In this document: piece after piece, positions 54,459-64,000 of the stretch
Numbering within the stretch: the stretch's first letter is position 1
How the letters are laid out: each line of letters begins with the position of its first letter
Source of the DNA: Candidatus Gastranaerophilales bacterium
Lineage (GTDB): Bacteria; Cyanobacteriota; Vampirovibrionia; Gastranaerophilales; Gastranaerophilaceae
DNA: 64,000 bases
Reading direction: 5' to 3'
Assembly: GCA_944323045.1 (NCBI GenBank)
Contig: CALUQX010000009.1
Span: forward strand, 11,903 to 75,902
The notes under the pieces: generated by a model
Database searches by the model: none
Told to the model about the DNA's origin: nothing
Seen by the model: the letters and a program-made list of their open reading frames with translations, nothing else
Position numbers and translations under genes: made by a program

Positions 54459-55129
54459 TGACTGAATTTAAGAAAAAACATAATTATGAAGGCTTGTTAA
54501 TAGTTATTGAAGGAACTGACGGGTCAGGCAAATCCACACAGCTTGAGCTTTTAAAACGCTCTATGCAGGCACAGTCTTACGGGGTTATTGTTTCTGAATG
54601 GAAAACTTCACGGCTTATTGCAAATGTTATTGATGATGCAAAAGAACGGAATCTTTTAAATGCAACAACATACAGTCTTTTATATGCAGCAGACTTTACA
54701 GACAGACTGGAAAACCAGATTATTCCTGCACTTCAATCTGGATTTATAGTGCTTTTAGACCGCTACTATTACACTGCACTTGCACGTGATGTTGTAAGAG
54801 GGCAGGATATAGAATGGGTTAAAAATTTGTACGATTACGCGCCTGAACCTGATTTGATTTTCTATCTCGATATGCCTGTAGATGTTTTATTAAAAAGAAT
54901 TATCGGCACAACAGGTCTTGATTTTTACGAAAGCGGACGCGATGTCGGATTCTCCACGGATTTTTACAACAGTTTTGAAATTTATCAGAACAAATGTCTT
55001 GAACAGTATAACAAAATGAAGAAGGAATATAATTTTATCTCAATAGACGGCACAAAATCTATTGAAGAAATTCACGAAATTATGCTTACAGAAGTTCAAA
55101 AAATTCTTGATTCCGGCGTTTTATACTAA
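54458..55129 (+). CDS. thymidylate-kinase-family protein (paralog 2)
   Basis: P-loop IEGTDGSGKSTQ and DRY (LLDRYYYTALA). The start overlaps the stop of paralog 1. Confidence 0.65.
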   Translation: MTEFKKKHNYEGLLIVIEGTDGSGKSTQLELLKRSMQAQSYGVIVSEWKTSRLIANVIDDAKERNLLNATTYSLLYAADFTDRLENQIIPALQSGFIVLLDRYYYTALARDVVRGQDIEWVKNLYDYAPEPDLIFYLDMPVDVLLKRIIGTTGLDFYESGRDVGFSTDFYNSFEIYQNKCLEQYNKMKKEYNFISIDGTKSIEEIHEIMLTEVQKILDSGVLY

Positions 55130-55239
55130 CAAATGTTAATTTTTAACATAAAAATTTACGTTGCGAAACATTTTGATTTTTTCTATATATTTTATGCTAA
55201 ATTATAATAGTTAAAAGATTTTAGTAAGGAGATTAATGA

Positions 55240-55902
55240 ATGTCTGAATACTTGAGCAAAGAAGAGATAAAACAATGGAGAAGCTCATTGGAAAAGATTA
55301 CATTAGAAGAATTCGCTGCCAGACTGGGGAAAAAAATAGAAGAAGCTAAACATACAAATGACCTTGTAGATATAGTTCTTAAAGGTAAACCTGTTGTCTC
55401 TAATGACGATAGCTGGATGCAAACCCGCACAGAAAGATTAAGCACAATAGCTGAACGTGCTATGGTTAGAGAACGTGAAATTTCTCCAACTCCTTTCTCT
55501 GTAGGCAAACTAAAATTGGATGACGGCGTAAAAGTAGAAAAAGCAGAGAAAACATCTGCTCAAAAAATCAAAATAGAAAAAGAGAAAAAAGTAAAAACAA
55601 CTAAAAAAACAGCTAAACCTGCTGCTAAACGCGAAAAGAAAACAACTGTAAAAGCAGTAGCTGCAACTTCATTGAGAGATGAAGTAAGAATAGTTTTCAA
55701 AAAAGCATTGACAGACAGAGAACAAAAAGTATTTGATTACTTCTGTGAAAACTCTAATAAAATTGTTTATGCTAAAGATTTAGCAGCACTTCTTGAACTG
55801 CCTAGAGATTATGTTTACAAGTACATAAAAAATCTCAGAGCAAAAATTGATGGCGACAACCTTCAAAATGCTGATAAGGGCGGATTTATACTGAATGTTT
55901 AA
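55240..55902 (+). CDS. hypothetical protein with Lys-rich linker and C-terminal winged-helix-like segment
   Basis: AAGGAG RBS. KKVKTTKKTAKPAAKREKK linker. C-terminal LTDREQKVFDYF...DLAALLELPRDYVYKYIKNLR is HTH-like. Confidence 0.45.
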   Translation: MSEYLSKEEIKQWRSSLEKITLEEFAARLGKKIEEAKHTNDLVDIVLKGKPVVSNDDSWMQTRTERLSTIAERAMVREREISPTPFSVGKLKLDDGVKVEKAEKTSAQKIKIEKEKKVKTTKKTAKPAAKREKKTTVKAVAATSLRDEVRIVFKKALTDREQKVFDYFCENSNKIVYAKDLAALLELPRDYVYKYIKNLRAKIDGDNLQNADKGGFILNV

Positions 55903-55910
55903 ATAAATTT

Positions 55911-55937
55911 AACGCCGGTCAATTGACCGGCGTTTTT
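55911..55937. terminator. bidirectional terminator
   Basis: AACGCCGGTCAATTGACCGGCGTT followed by TTT, between convergent genes. Confidence 0.75.
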
Positions 55938-55954
55938 ACAATATTTTTTGATAT

Positions 55955-56782
55955 TTAATCACATTTTGTTTTACTGCCCCAATCTAAGTCATTGCATCTT
56001 AGGTAGTCCATATTCCCGTTAATTATAACCCAGGCTGTACACGCATAACCTGCATATATATCATCGTGTGTCATATTGCAATTTTCGTCAAATATATATT
56101 GTTCACTTAATGTTGAATCGTGCGTTCCTGTTGGATATATACCGTATTTAGTAAACAAAAATCTGAATGAATCTACCCCTGTTCTGTTAGGTCCTTTTTC
56201 GCCATTCATATCTATAACGAAGTTACCACAGACATTTTCCAAATATCTGCCGGAGCCAAATTTTAGATTACAGTTTCCTTCAAACCAGCTTGAAACTATT
56301 GATGTGCCATCTGCAAGTGTGATATGGCGTGCATATTCGGAACTAAGCAATTGATCCCCTCGTAAATTATATATAGAATATGTTTGACCACAGTTCTGTG
56401 ATGCAAATGAACAAAATTTATCAACCTTTAAATAAGGCAGAATTCGCTGCCAGACTAAGTCATACCGGGCGTGTGCCGCATCAACTTCATCCTGATTAGA
56501 GTTATCTTCGTTGGGCAGCACAGATGTTGGCAAATCCCACGTATCCAATGTACCGTGTTCAAGCATTGCAAGATTTGCGGCATTAGTTATTACAGAATAA
56601 AATTTCTTAACTTTGGTTATCATGACTTTTTCCTGATATTTTTGAACAAGTGTTGGAATTGTCATTGCGGCAACTACTCCTATTATTGCGAGTGTTATTA
56701 ATACCTCGGCAAGAGTAAATGCTGTATTCCAGTTCGCTGCGTAATCTTTTCCAGACAATTTAATTTGCGTAATGTTTTTCAT
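55955..56782 (-). CDS. prepilin-type N-terminal methylation-domain protein (P7)
   Basis: ...AANWNT-AFTLAEVLITLAIIGVVAAMTIPTL. IDMNGEKGPNRTGVDSFRFLF. The C-terminus (WVIINGNMDYLRCNDLDWGSKTKC) is paralogous to P5. Confidence 0.8.
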   Translation of the reverse strand: MKNITQIKLSGKDYAANWNTAFTLAEVLITLAIIGVVAAMTIPTLVQKYQEKVMITKVKKFYSVITNAANLAMLEHGTLDTWDLPTSVLPNEDNSNQDEVDAAHARYDLVWQRILPYLKVDKFCSFASQNCGQTYSIYNLRGDQLLSSEYARHITLADGTSIVSSWFEGNCNLKFGSGRYLENVCGNFVIDMNGEKGPNRTGVDSFRFLFTKYGIYPTGTHDSTLSEQYIFDENCNMTHDDIYAGYACTAWVIINGNMDYLRCNDLDWGSKTKCD

Positions 56783-56905
56783 TAATACCCTCCTGTTATA
56801 TTTTATTGAATATATATTATACTTGTATACATATAAATTGTATTCAATTTGCTATAACATGTCAAGATGTTTGTTATTTATGCACTAAAAAGCTAAAATT
56901 AAAAA

Positions 56906-57139
56906 ATGGATTATAAATTCGAAAACATAAGTATAATTGACTTTGTTAAAACTCTATGCATATTAAAGGGGTCAAATCTTCGCAAAATTCTACAAAAACT
57001 AGTCGAAGAAAAACATTACAGTAATGCATATGCAAATTTTTATAATAAACTAAAAAATAATACAATAAGATTTAGTGAAATCGCTGATATTGCAGAGTCT
57101 CTCGGGTATGAAATTGTTTTTAGAAACAAAAACAATTAA
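56906..57139 (+). CDS. small HTH-like regulator (antidote-like, no partner toxin)
   Basis: ...LKNNTIRFSEIADIAESLGYEIVF shares its C-terminal pattern with 19701 and 49710. Divergent from P7 across 123 bp. Confidence 0.5.
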   Translation: MDYKFENISIIDFVKTLCILKGSNLRKILQKLVEEKHYSNAYANFYNKLKNNTIRFSEIADIAESLGYEIVFRNKNN

Positions 57140-57146
57140 TATTTTG

Positions 57147-58568
57147 TTATTTTCTCATCAGAACATTCATACCGGCTTTGAAGTAGTTACGAAATTCAGT
57201 GAGTGAACGAATGCTTAGTAACATTCTCCAGATGTATTTTGGACGCAGGTAAAAACGTCTTATTGCCTGTTTATGTAATTCAAAAACTCTTTCTTTAGGC
57301 AGGCAATGAGTATCTACAGCCGGATAGTAATAGGCATTTTCAAAAGATGTTTCATTATCAAACAAGCCGTTCTCTCTTGCATAATTATAAAATCTTGTGC
57401 CCGGAAGAGGGGTTGCGGTGTAAAAACTTACAAAGTCGCTGTCAAGTTCACATGCAAAATCTATTGTATCTTCAATAGTTTCCTCGTCATCCCATGGCAG
57501 ACCAATAACAAAATAGTTATAAATTTTTATATGTGCCTGTTTAAAAATTTTGACAGTTTTTCTTACATCATCAAGTGTAATTTTCTTGCCTATTTTGTCT
57601 AAAATATATTGCGAGCCGCTTTCAACACCGATACTTACGAGACTGCATCCAGCTTCATACATCGCATCAGCCATTTCCTGATCCGCAGTATCTGCACGGG
57701 TATTTGCAGACCATGTTATCTCCAGTCCGCTGTCTATAATTTTACGACACAAATCCATAACCCATTCTTTATCCAGATTGAAAATATCAGACCAGAAAAT
57801 AAAATTACGAATACCATATTTTTCAACGCATTCTTTAATTTCTTCCATAATATTATCAGTACTGCGTTTTCTGACTCTTGCCCCTGAAACAGGCGTTGCC
57901 AGACAAAAGAAACAATGATAAGGACAGCCGCGTGAAACTTTTATAACAGCTTGCACCTCATTATTATCAGGTCTTCTGTATTTTTTATTGTTTATTAAAT
58001 GGCGCGCAGGAAATGGTAAGTCATCCAATTTTTCTATCAAGCGGCGTTTTCCCGTAAACTTAATCAGCAAATCATCACGGTAATAAATACCGGATATCCA
58101 GCGTTTAGATTTTCCTGATACAATTTCTCTCAGAGTTTCTTCAGCTTCACCGATAATCACTATATCAAGAGCTTTATGATTAGCAAGGACTTCATTTGCA
58201 AGTGTTAAAAATGCTGCCCCTTTAGCTATTGTTACAATTTCCGGACAAATAAGCTTTGCTCTTTCAAATACGGACAGGTCGTTTTCAAGGGTTGGCGTTG
58301 CAACATTTGCGACCAGATAATCCGGTTGAAAATTCCTTAAATCTTCATCCAGATCACCTTCCTGACTGTAATCTCTAATCATAGCTTCCAGTCCTGCTTT
58401 TTCAGCCACAGCCGCAAGATACATTAAATCAGTCGGCGGTAATGGAGGTATTACTATTAACTCCTTTGTCGGCTGCTGGCATCTATCCTCTCTGTTTAAA
58501 ACAGGTGAAGGCGGGTATATTAATAAAATTCTTTTCTTAACTTCCGTATCTTTTTCTTTTTCACTCAA
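57147..58568 (-). CDS. B12-binding-domain radical SAM protein
   Basis: N-terminal cobalamin-binding-like domain. CxxxCxxC (SRGCPYHCFFC) radical SAM cluster motif. Confidence 0.85.
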   Translation of the reverse strand: MSEKEKDTEVKKRILLIYPPSPVLNREDRCQQPTKELIVIPPLPPTDLMYLAAVAEKAGLEAMIRDYSQEGDLDEDLRNFQPDYLVANVATPTLENDLSVFERAKLICPEIVTIAKGAAFLTLANEVLANHKALDIVIIGEAEETLREIVSGKSKRWISGIYYRDDLLIKFTGKRRLIEKLDDLPFPARHLINNKKYRRPDNNEVQAVIKVSRGCPYHCFFCLATPVSGARVRKRSTDNIMEEIKECVEKYGIRNFIFWSDIFNLDKEWVMDLCRKIIDSGLEITWSANTRADTADQEMADAMYEAGCSLVSIGVESGSQYILDKIGKKITLDDVRKTVKIFKQAHIKIYNYFVIGLPWDDEETIEDTIDFACELDSDFVSFYTATPLPGTRFYNYARENGLFDNETSFENAYYYPAVDTHCLPKERVFELHKQAIRRFYLRPKYIWRMLLSIRSLTEFRNYFKAGMNVLMRK

Positions 58569-58574
58569 TCTTAT

Positions 58575-59957
58575 TTATTCCTTCTCTTTAATTGTATTAG
58601 TAACAAACATTGCTAAAGCAAGGCATACAGCACCTATTAAAAATGCGTATTCCCAGTGATAATTAACGGCATCTGCTCCTTGAGAAAATGCACATTTAGA
58701 AATAAATCCTGCGACCAGTGTACAAACAAGTACCTGCGGACCTGCGATGAATATATTGAAAATACCCATTACAGAGCCTTCTGTGCCTTTTTTAATATAT
58801 TGAGAAAGCATTGCAAAAGGCAGTGCGCAAATACTTGCCCAGCCAATACCGGCAAGTCCCATTAATGCGGCAACCAGTTTTACATCTTTGGCAAAAGCTA
58901 AGCCGAGATACGCCAGAATCATTGTAAGCAGTGAGATTATGTGAACTTTTTTATTTGTGTATTTTGCTGACAAAACTCCGATTGGAATAGCAACAACAAA
59001 ACAAATAAAGTTGAATATAGCAAAACATACAGATGAAAAATTTGTACCGACAAGGGTTGCATTTTCAAACAAAATTCTTTCTTCTTCACTAACAGTTGAA
59101 AGATCCGGAACTTCAAAAATAGTATGAACAGAATACTGCGTGAAGAATATCAGCAGACACATTACACCAATCCATGTAAAGAACTGCATAAGACAAATTT
59201 TGGAAACTTCAGGAGAGAGGGCAAAAAAGTTTTTGACCGAATCTATAAAAGTATCCTCCTGTTTTTCTGCCACAGCAACATCTTTTAATTCTTCGCGTTT
59301 GGTCTGGTGTTCTTTGATTGTCATACATGTCCAGAGCATAGCAAGCGCGAACGCCAGAGCCGCCATGATGAATTGTGCAGGAATTGACATTTGATAATTA
59401 AACGCCCATTTCAAAAACGGAGCAGTTGCCGCAGCAACAACAGACCCGAGCCCTATAGACAAACTCATATAAGAGTTTGCAATTGAATATTGTTCTTCCG
59501 GAACAACATCAGGTACAAGCGCGCGGTAAGGTCCTTGAGCAATATTAATGCAGGCATCAATAACCCAAATCATTATTGCGGCAATGAATAATGCAGTCAG
59601 TGCGGGCAATTGTATACCTGTTAAATTTTGGAGCCAATCAGCAATATTGGCAGAATTTGGAAAAATCCATAATGCTATCGCAGCGATTAATGCACCACCT
59701 AATAAATAAGGTCTTCTGCGCCCGAAAGGGGAAACTGTTTTGTCTGACAATGCACCTACAAGAGGCTGAACAACCATACCTGTGAATGGTCCGGCAAGCC
59801 AGATTAAACCGTATAAAAATGGTGAAGCTCCGAGGCTTTCAGTAACTGGTCCGGATAGAATAATTCTCATCTGCCAGGCGAATTGCAACCCGAAAAATCC
59901 GAGTGCAAAGTTTAAAAACATAGGTGTAGTAAATTTTTTTAATTGATTATTTTCCAT
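58575..59957 (-). CDS. MFS transporter (glycoside-pentoside-hexuronide / sucrose-H+ symporter-like)
   Basis: Twelve hydrophobic segments. Loop 2-3 motif (GALSDKTVSPFGRRRPY) typical of GPH/SLC45-like sugar transporters. Confidence 0.75.
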   Translation of the reverse strand: MENNQLKKFTTPMFLNFALGFFGLQFAWQMRIILSGPVTESLGASPFLYGLIWLAGPFTGMVVQPLVGALSDKTVSPFGRRRPYLLGGALIAAIALWIFPNSANIADWLQNLTGIQLPALTALFIAAIMIWVIDACINIAQGPYRALVPDVVPEEQYSIANSYMSLSIGLGSVVAAATAPFLKWAFNYQMSIPAQFIMAALAFALAMLWTCMTIKEHQTKREELKDVAVAEKQEDTFIDSVKNFFALSPEVSKICLMQFFTWIGVMCLLIFFTQYSVHTIFEVPDLSTVSEEERILFENATLVGTNFSSVCFAIFNFICFVVAIPIGVLSAKYTNKKVHIISLLTMILAYLGLAFAKDVKLVAALMGLAGIGWASICALPFAMLSQYIKKGTEGSVMGIFNIFIAGPQVLVCTLVAGFISKCAFSQGADAVNYHWEYAFLIGAVCLALAMFVTNTIKEKE

Positions 59958-59977
59958 ATCTTCTCCATAACAACAAA

Positions 59978-61645
<1,668 letters not shown>

Positions 61646-61678
61646 TTAAATAAAAACATGCCGGTCATAATCCGATAA

Positions 61679-61960
61679 TTAATTTATTTTCGGAACTCTG
61701 AAAAATCCGTTTTCTTCTTCAGGCGCATTTGCCATCAATTCTTCTTTTGTGTGTTCATAATAAACTTTGTCTTCGCGCATGACATTAACAAAATCTATTA
61801 CCTGTGTCATCGGTTTAACATTGGATGTATCAACTTCATTCATCTGGTCAACATATTTGAGTACATCACCGAGTTGTTTTGTATAAAGTTCTTTTTCTTC
61901 TTCTGTCAATTCTAATCGTGCAAGTTTTGCAACATGTTCTACATCTTTTATTGTTATCAT
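61679..61960 (-). CDS. gatC: Asp/Glu-tRNA amidotransferase subunit C
   Basis: VEHVAKLARLELTEEE...L..IL.YV..L..VDT pattern; about 93 aa. Confidence 0.85.
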   Translation of the reverse strand: MITIKDVEHVAKLARLELTEEEKELYTKQLGDVLKYVDQMNEVDTSNVKPMTQVIDFVNVMREDKVYYEHTKEELMANAPEEENGFFRVPKIN

Positions 61961-62065
61961 CTTTAGTTAACTCCATCTATTTATATATATAATAATAGCA
62001 CAAATATTTTAAGCATGCAGATTTTATACAAAATAACTTAAAAAACTTTTATTTTTTACAGAATT

Positions 62066-62872
62066 ATGTTATTATATGTAAATAAGAGAGGAGATATTTT
62101 GGAAGAAGCTCAAAAAAAGACAATTGAACTTGATGAACTTTTGATTGCATACAAAAACTGTACTGACAAGAAAAAGAAACAAATGCTTCACATTAATATT
62201 GTTGAAGAATCAATGTCTTTTGTAAAAAAAATTTCCAATAGCATTGCCTCTCAATCCGGAATATCAAACGAAGATTTACTGCAGGTCGGTTCTATAGGAC
62301 TTATTAAAGCAATTGAATTTTATAATCCTGATAAAAATACTAAATTCAAAACTTATGCGTCATATTTTATCAAAGGCGAAATAAAACACTATCTAAGAGA
62401 TAAAGCCTCATTAATCAAAGCCCCGCGTGAACTTCAAGAATTAGTATTCAAAATCAGCAGTACAATAAAAAATCTGAATGAACGCGGAATTAATGAGCCT
62501 TCTGTAGCACAAATCGCCGCTGAATTAGGTCTGCCGGAAAGCAAAATTCAAGAAGTCATGGAGATTGAATACTGCAAAACAACTCTGTCTCTGGATCAAA
62601 CGCTTTCCACAGACGATGAAGAATTGTATTTGATAGATAAAATTCCGGCAGGCGATTATCAAGAACTCATGAATTCTAATGAAAATAAAATAATGCTTGC
62701 TGCCGCAATAAAAAAATTGCCTGAAGATTTGAGAAAAATACTTGAATTAAGTTATTATGAGGATTTGAATCAACGCGAAATATCAGAACGTCTCGGAATA
62801 TCTCAAATGCAGGTTTCAAGAAGAATTAAAAAAGCTTTAAGCAAAATGTACGAAATTATTAAATATAATTGA
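62066..62872 (+). CDS. RNA polymerase sigma factor, group 3 (SigF/SigB/FliA-like)
   Basis: Region 2 (DLLQVGSIGLIKAIEFYNP...FKTYASYFIKGEIKHYLRD) and region 4.2 HTH (NQREISERLGISQMQVSRRIKKAL). An alternative TTG start at 62099 has a GAGAGGAG RBS. Confidence 0.85.
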   Translation: MLLYVNKRGDILEEAQKKTIELDELLIAYKNCTDKKKKQMLHINIVEESMSFVKKISNSIASQSGISNEDLLQVGSIGLIKAIEFYNPDKNTKFKTYASYFIKGEIKHYLRDKASLIKAPRELQELVFKISSTIKNLNERGINEPSVAQIAAELGLPESKIQEVMEIEYCKTTLSLDQTLSTDDEELYLIDKIPAGDYQELMNSNENKIMLAAAIKKLPEDLRKILELSYYEDLNQREISERLGISQMQVSRRIKKALSKMYEIIKYN

Positions 62873-62886
62873 TGAGGTGAAAAACT

Positions 62887-63918
62887 ATGAGTGTTAACAC
62901 TTTTTTTATCCTGATAGGCTTTGTATTTATTATTGGCTTATGTATAGGAAGTTTTTTAAATGTTGTTATTTTACGGGCGCTGTCAAATGAATCTATTATC
63001 TTTCCGCCGTCAAAATGTCCTGTATGCGGAAACAGTCTGAAATGGTGGCATAACATTCCTGTATTGTCTTATATTCTACTGAAGGGCAAATGCGGGTTCT
63101 GTAAATGTAAAATCAGTATTCAATATCCGATTGTAGAACTTTTAACAGGAATTTTATTCACATTTGTATTCATTAAATTTTTTATAGGCTCCGCAATATT
63201 AACCGGAATAACTGCAGGTACATATATTAATACAATTTATGCATGGATAGTTATATCCCTGCTAATTGTTATGGCAGTAACTGATATAAAAGAAAAAGTT
63301 GTGTTTGATGCGCACACATATTCTCTGATTGGCGCCGGACTTGTTTATGCAATGCTTATCACGGGTTCTGCAATATATTTTAGTTTAACAAGCACAGGCA
63401 AACTGCCGCTGAATACATCTTTCCTTATAAACAATCCTCTGACAGATGCATTATTAGGTCTTGCTGCAGGAGTTATTATAATGGAACTTCTTGCGCGTAG
63501 CGGATATCTATTCGCTGGCACAAGGGCTTTTGGTGAAGGTGATACCTTCATTGCTGCAGGTATCGGGGCTGTCTTTGGCTGGAAAAAGCTTATCGCGGCT
63601 CTGGTCTTAAGTATAATAATCCAGCTTATCATCACATTACCATTATTTTTGAAAAAATTATTTGACAACAAGGAGTATTTTACATTTGGAACGCTTTCAG
63701 GTTTCTTCATTTATGCGGCGGCATTTTTGATTCTGCAAAGCAAAGGACTGCTTTCAAATAGTATTGTATATTTAGTTGCGGCTGTTTTACTTGCAATCAT
63801 CGGAATTACTGCCTGCATTAACATTATTAAAGGTATTAAAAGCAATCCGGATAACATGATTTATCTTCCATTTGGACCGGCTATGGCTATTGCGGCTTTA
63901 ATTATGATTTGCATATAA
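62887..63918 (+). CDS. pilD: prepilin peptidase / N-methyltransferase (A24 family)
   Basis: N-terminal CPVCG...CGFC zinc motif. Polytopic membrane protein with two conserved Asp motifs (VTDIKEK; GEGDTFIAAGIGAVFGW). Confidence 0.85.
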   Translation: MSVNTFFILIGFVFIIGLCIGSFLNVVILRALSNESIIFPPSKCPVCGNSLKWWHNIPVLSYILLKGKCGFCKCKISIQYPIVELLTGILFTFVFIKFFIGSAILTGITAGTYINTIYAWIVISLLIVMAVTDIKEKVVFDAHTYSLIGAGLVYAMLITGSAIYFSLTSTGKLPLNTSFLINNPLTDALLGLAAGVIIMELLARSGYLFAGTRAFGEGDTFIAAGIGAVFGWKKLIAALVLSIIIQLIITLPLFLKKLFDNKEYFTFGTLSGFFIYAAAFLILQSKGLLSNSIVYLVAAVLLAIIGITACINIIKGIKSNPDNMIYLPFGPAMAIAALIMICI

Positions 63919-63940
63919 ACTGTATACAGAATAATTTACG

Positions 63941-63974
63941 AAAAAACGCTCCTGCAATTTGCAGGAGCGTTTTT
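63941..63974 (+). terminator. Rho-independent terminator after pilD
   Basis: AAAAAACGCTCCTGCAATTTGCAGGAGCGTTTTT. Confidence 0.8.
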
Positions 63975-64000
63975 CTATCTTACTATCCCAAGTTTTATGT

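Overview
AT-rich, gene-dense bacterial chromosomal segment. No rRNA, CRISPR array or intact mobile element is visible, and there is one tRNA-Gly. The backbone is housekeeping: rubrerythrin, maf, recO, pilT, tpiA, yceD-rpmF-plsX-fabH...fabD, ispH-rpsA, ruvC, mtnA, GH38, mutS2, gltD-like, ilvC, two tmk-like genes, pyrG, gatC, a group-3 sigma factor and a prepilin peptidase. Accessory content is unusual. (1) Seven dispersed genes encode prepilin-type proteins with an AFTLAEVLIT(L/M)AIIG(V/I)VAAITIP N-terminus, and five are divergently paired with a small HTH gene. (2) Three of them (paralogs A 5119-6246, B 23837-24976, C 48404-49516) carry a lectin-like C-terminal domain. In A and B the last ~30 codons form a GC-rich cassette dominated by NNC codons, bounded by identical sequence and by a hairpin overlapping the stop codon. 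This is the signature of a diversity-generating-retroelement (DGR) target. No reverse transcriptase, template repeat or Avd is visible in this window, so the DGR call is inference. (3) A and B are preceded by homologous 0.8-1 kb structured leaders containing G11 and G10 tracts, which are phase-variation candidates. (4) These loci, plus an orphan 1-kb non-coding region (40982-41970), are built from an interspersed mosaic repeat family: tandem 7-, 8- and 9-mers, polar stem-loops with conserved flanks, and 35- and 93-nt modules. The same short units also encode the leader peptides of four prepilin genes. (5) There are four toxin-antitoxin-like pairs: two HEPN/MNT (one inserted between fabH and fabD) and two RelE/HigB-like. 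There is also an IS3-family transposase remnant. Lineage is a low-confidence guess: an anaerobic, uncultured low-GC lineage with type IV pilus machinery, for example Melainabacteria-like. All functional calls come from recognising motifs in the supplied translations; no database search was run.
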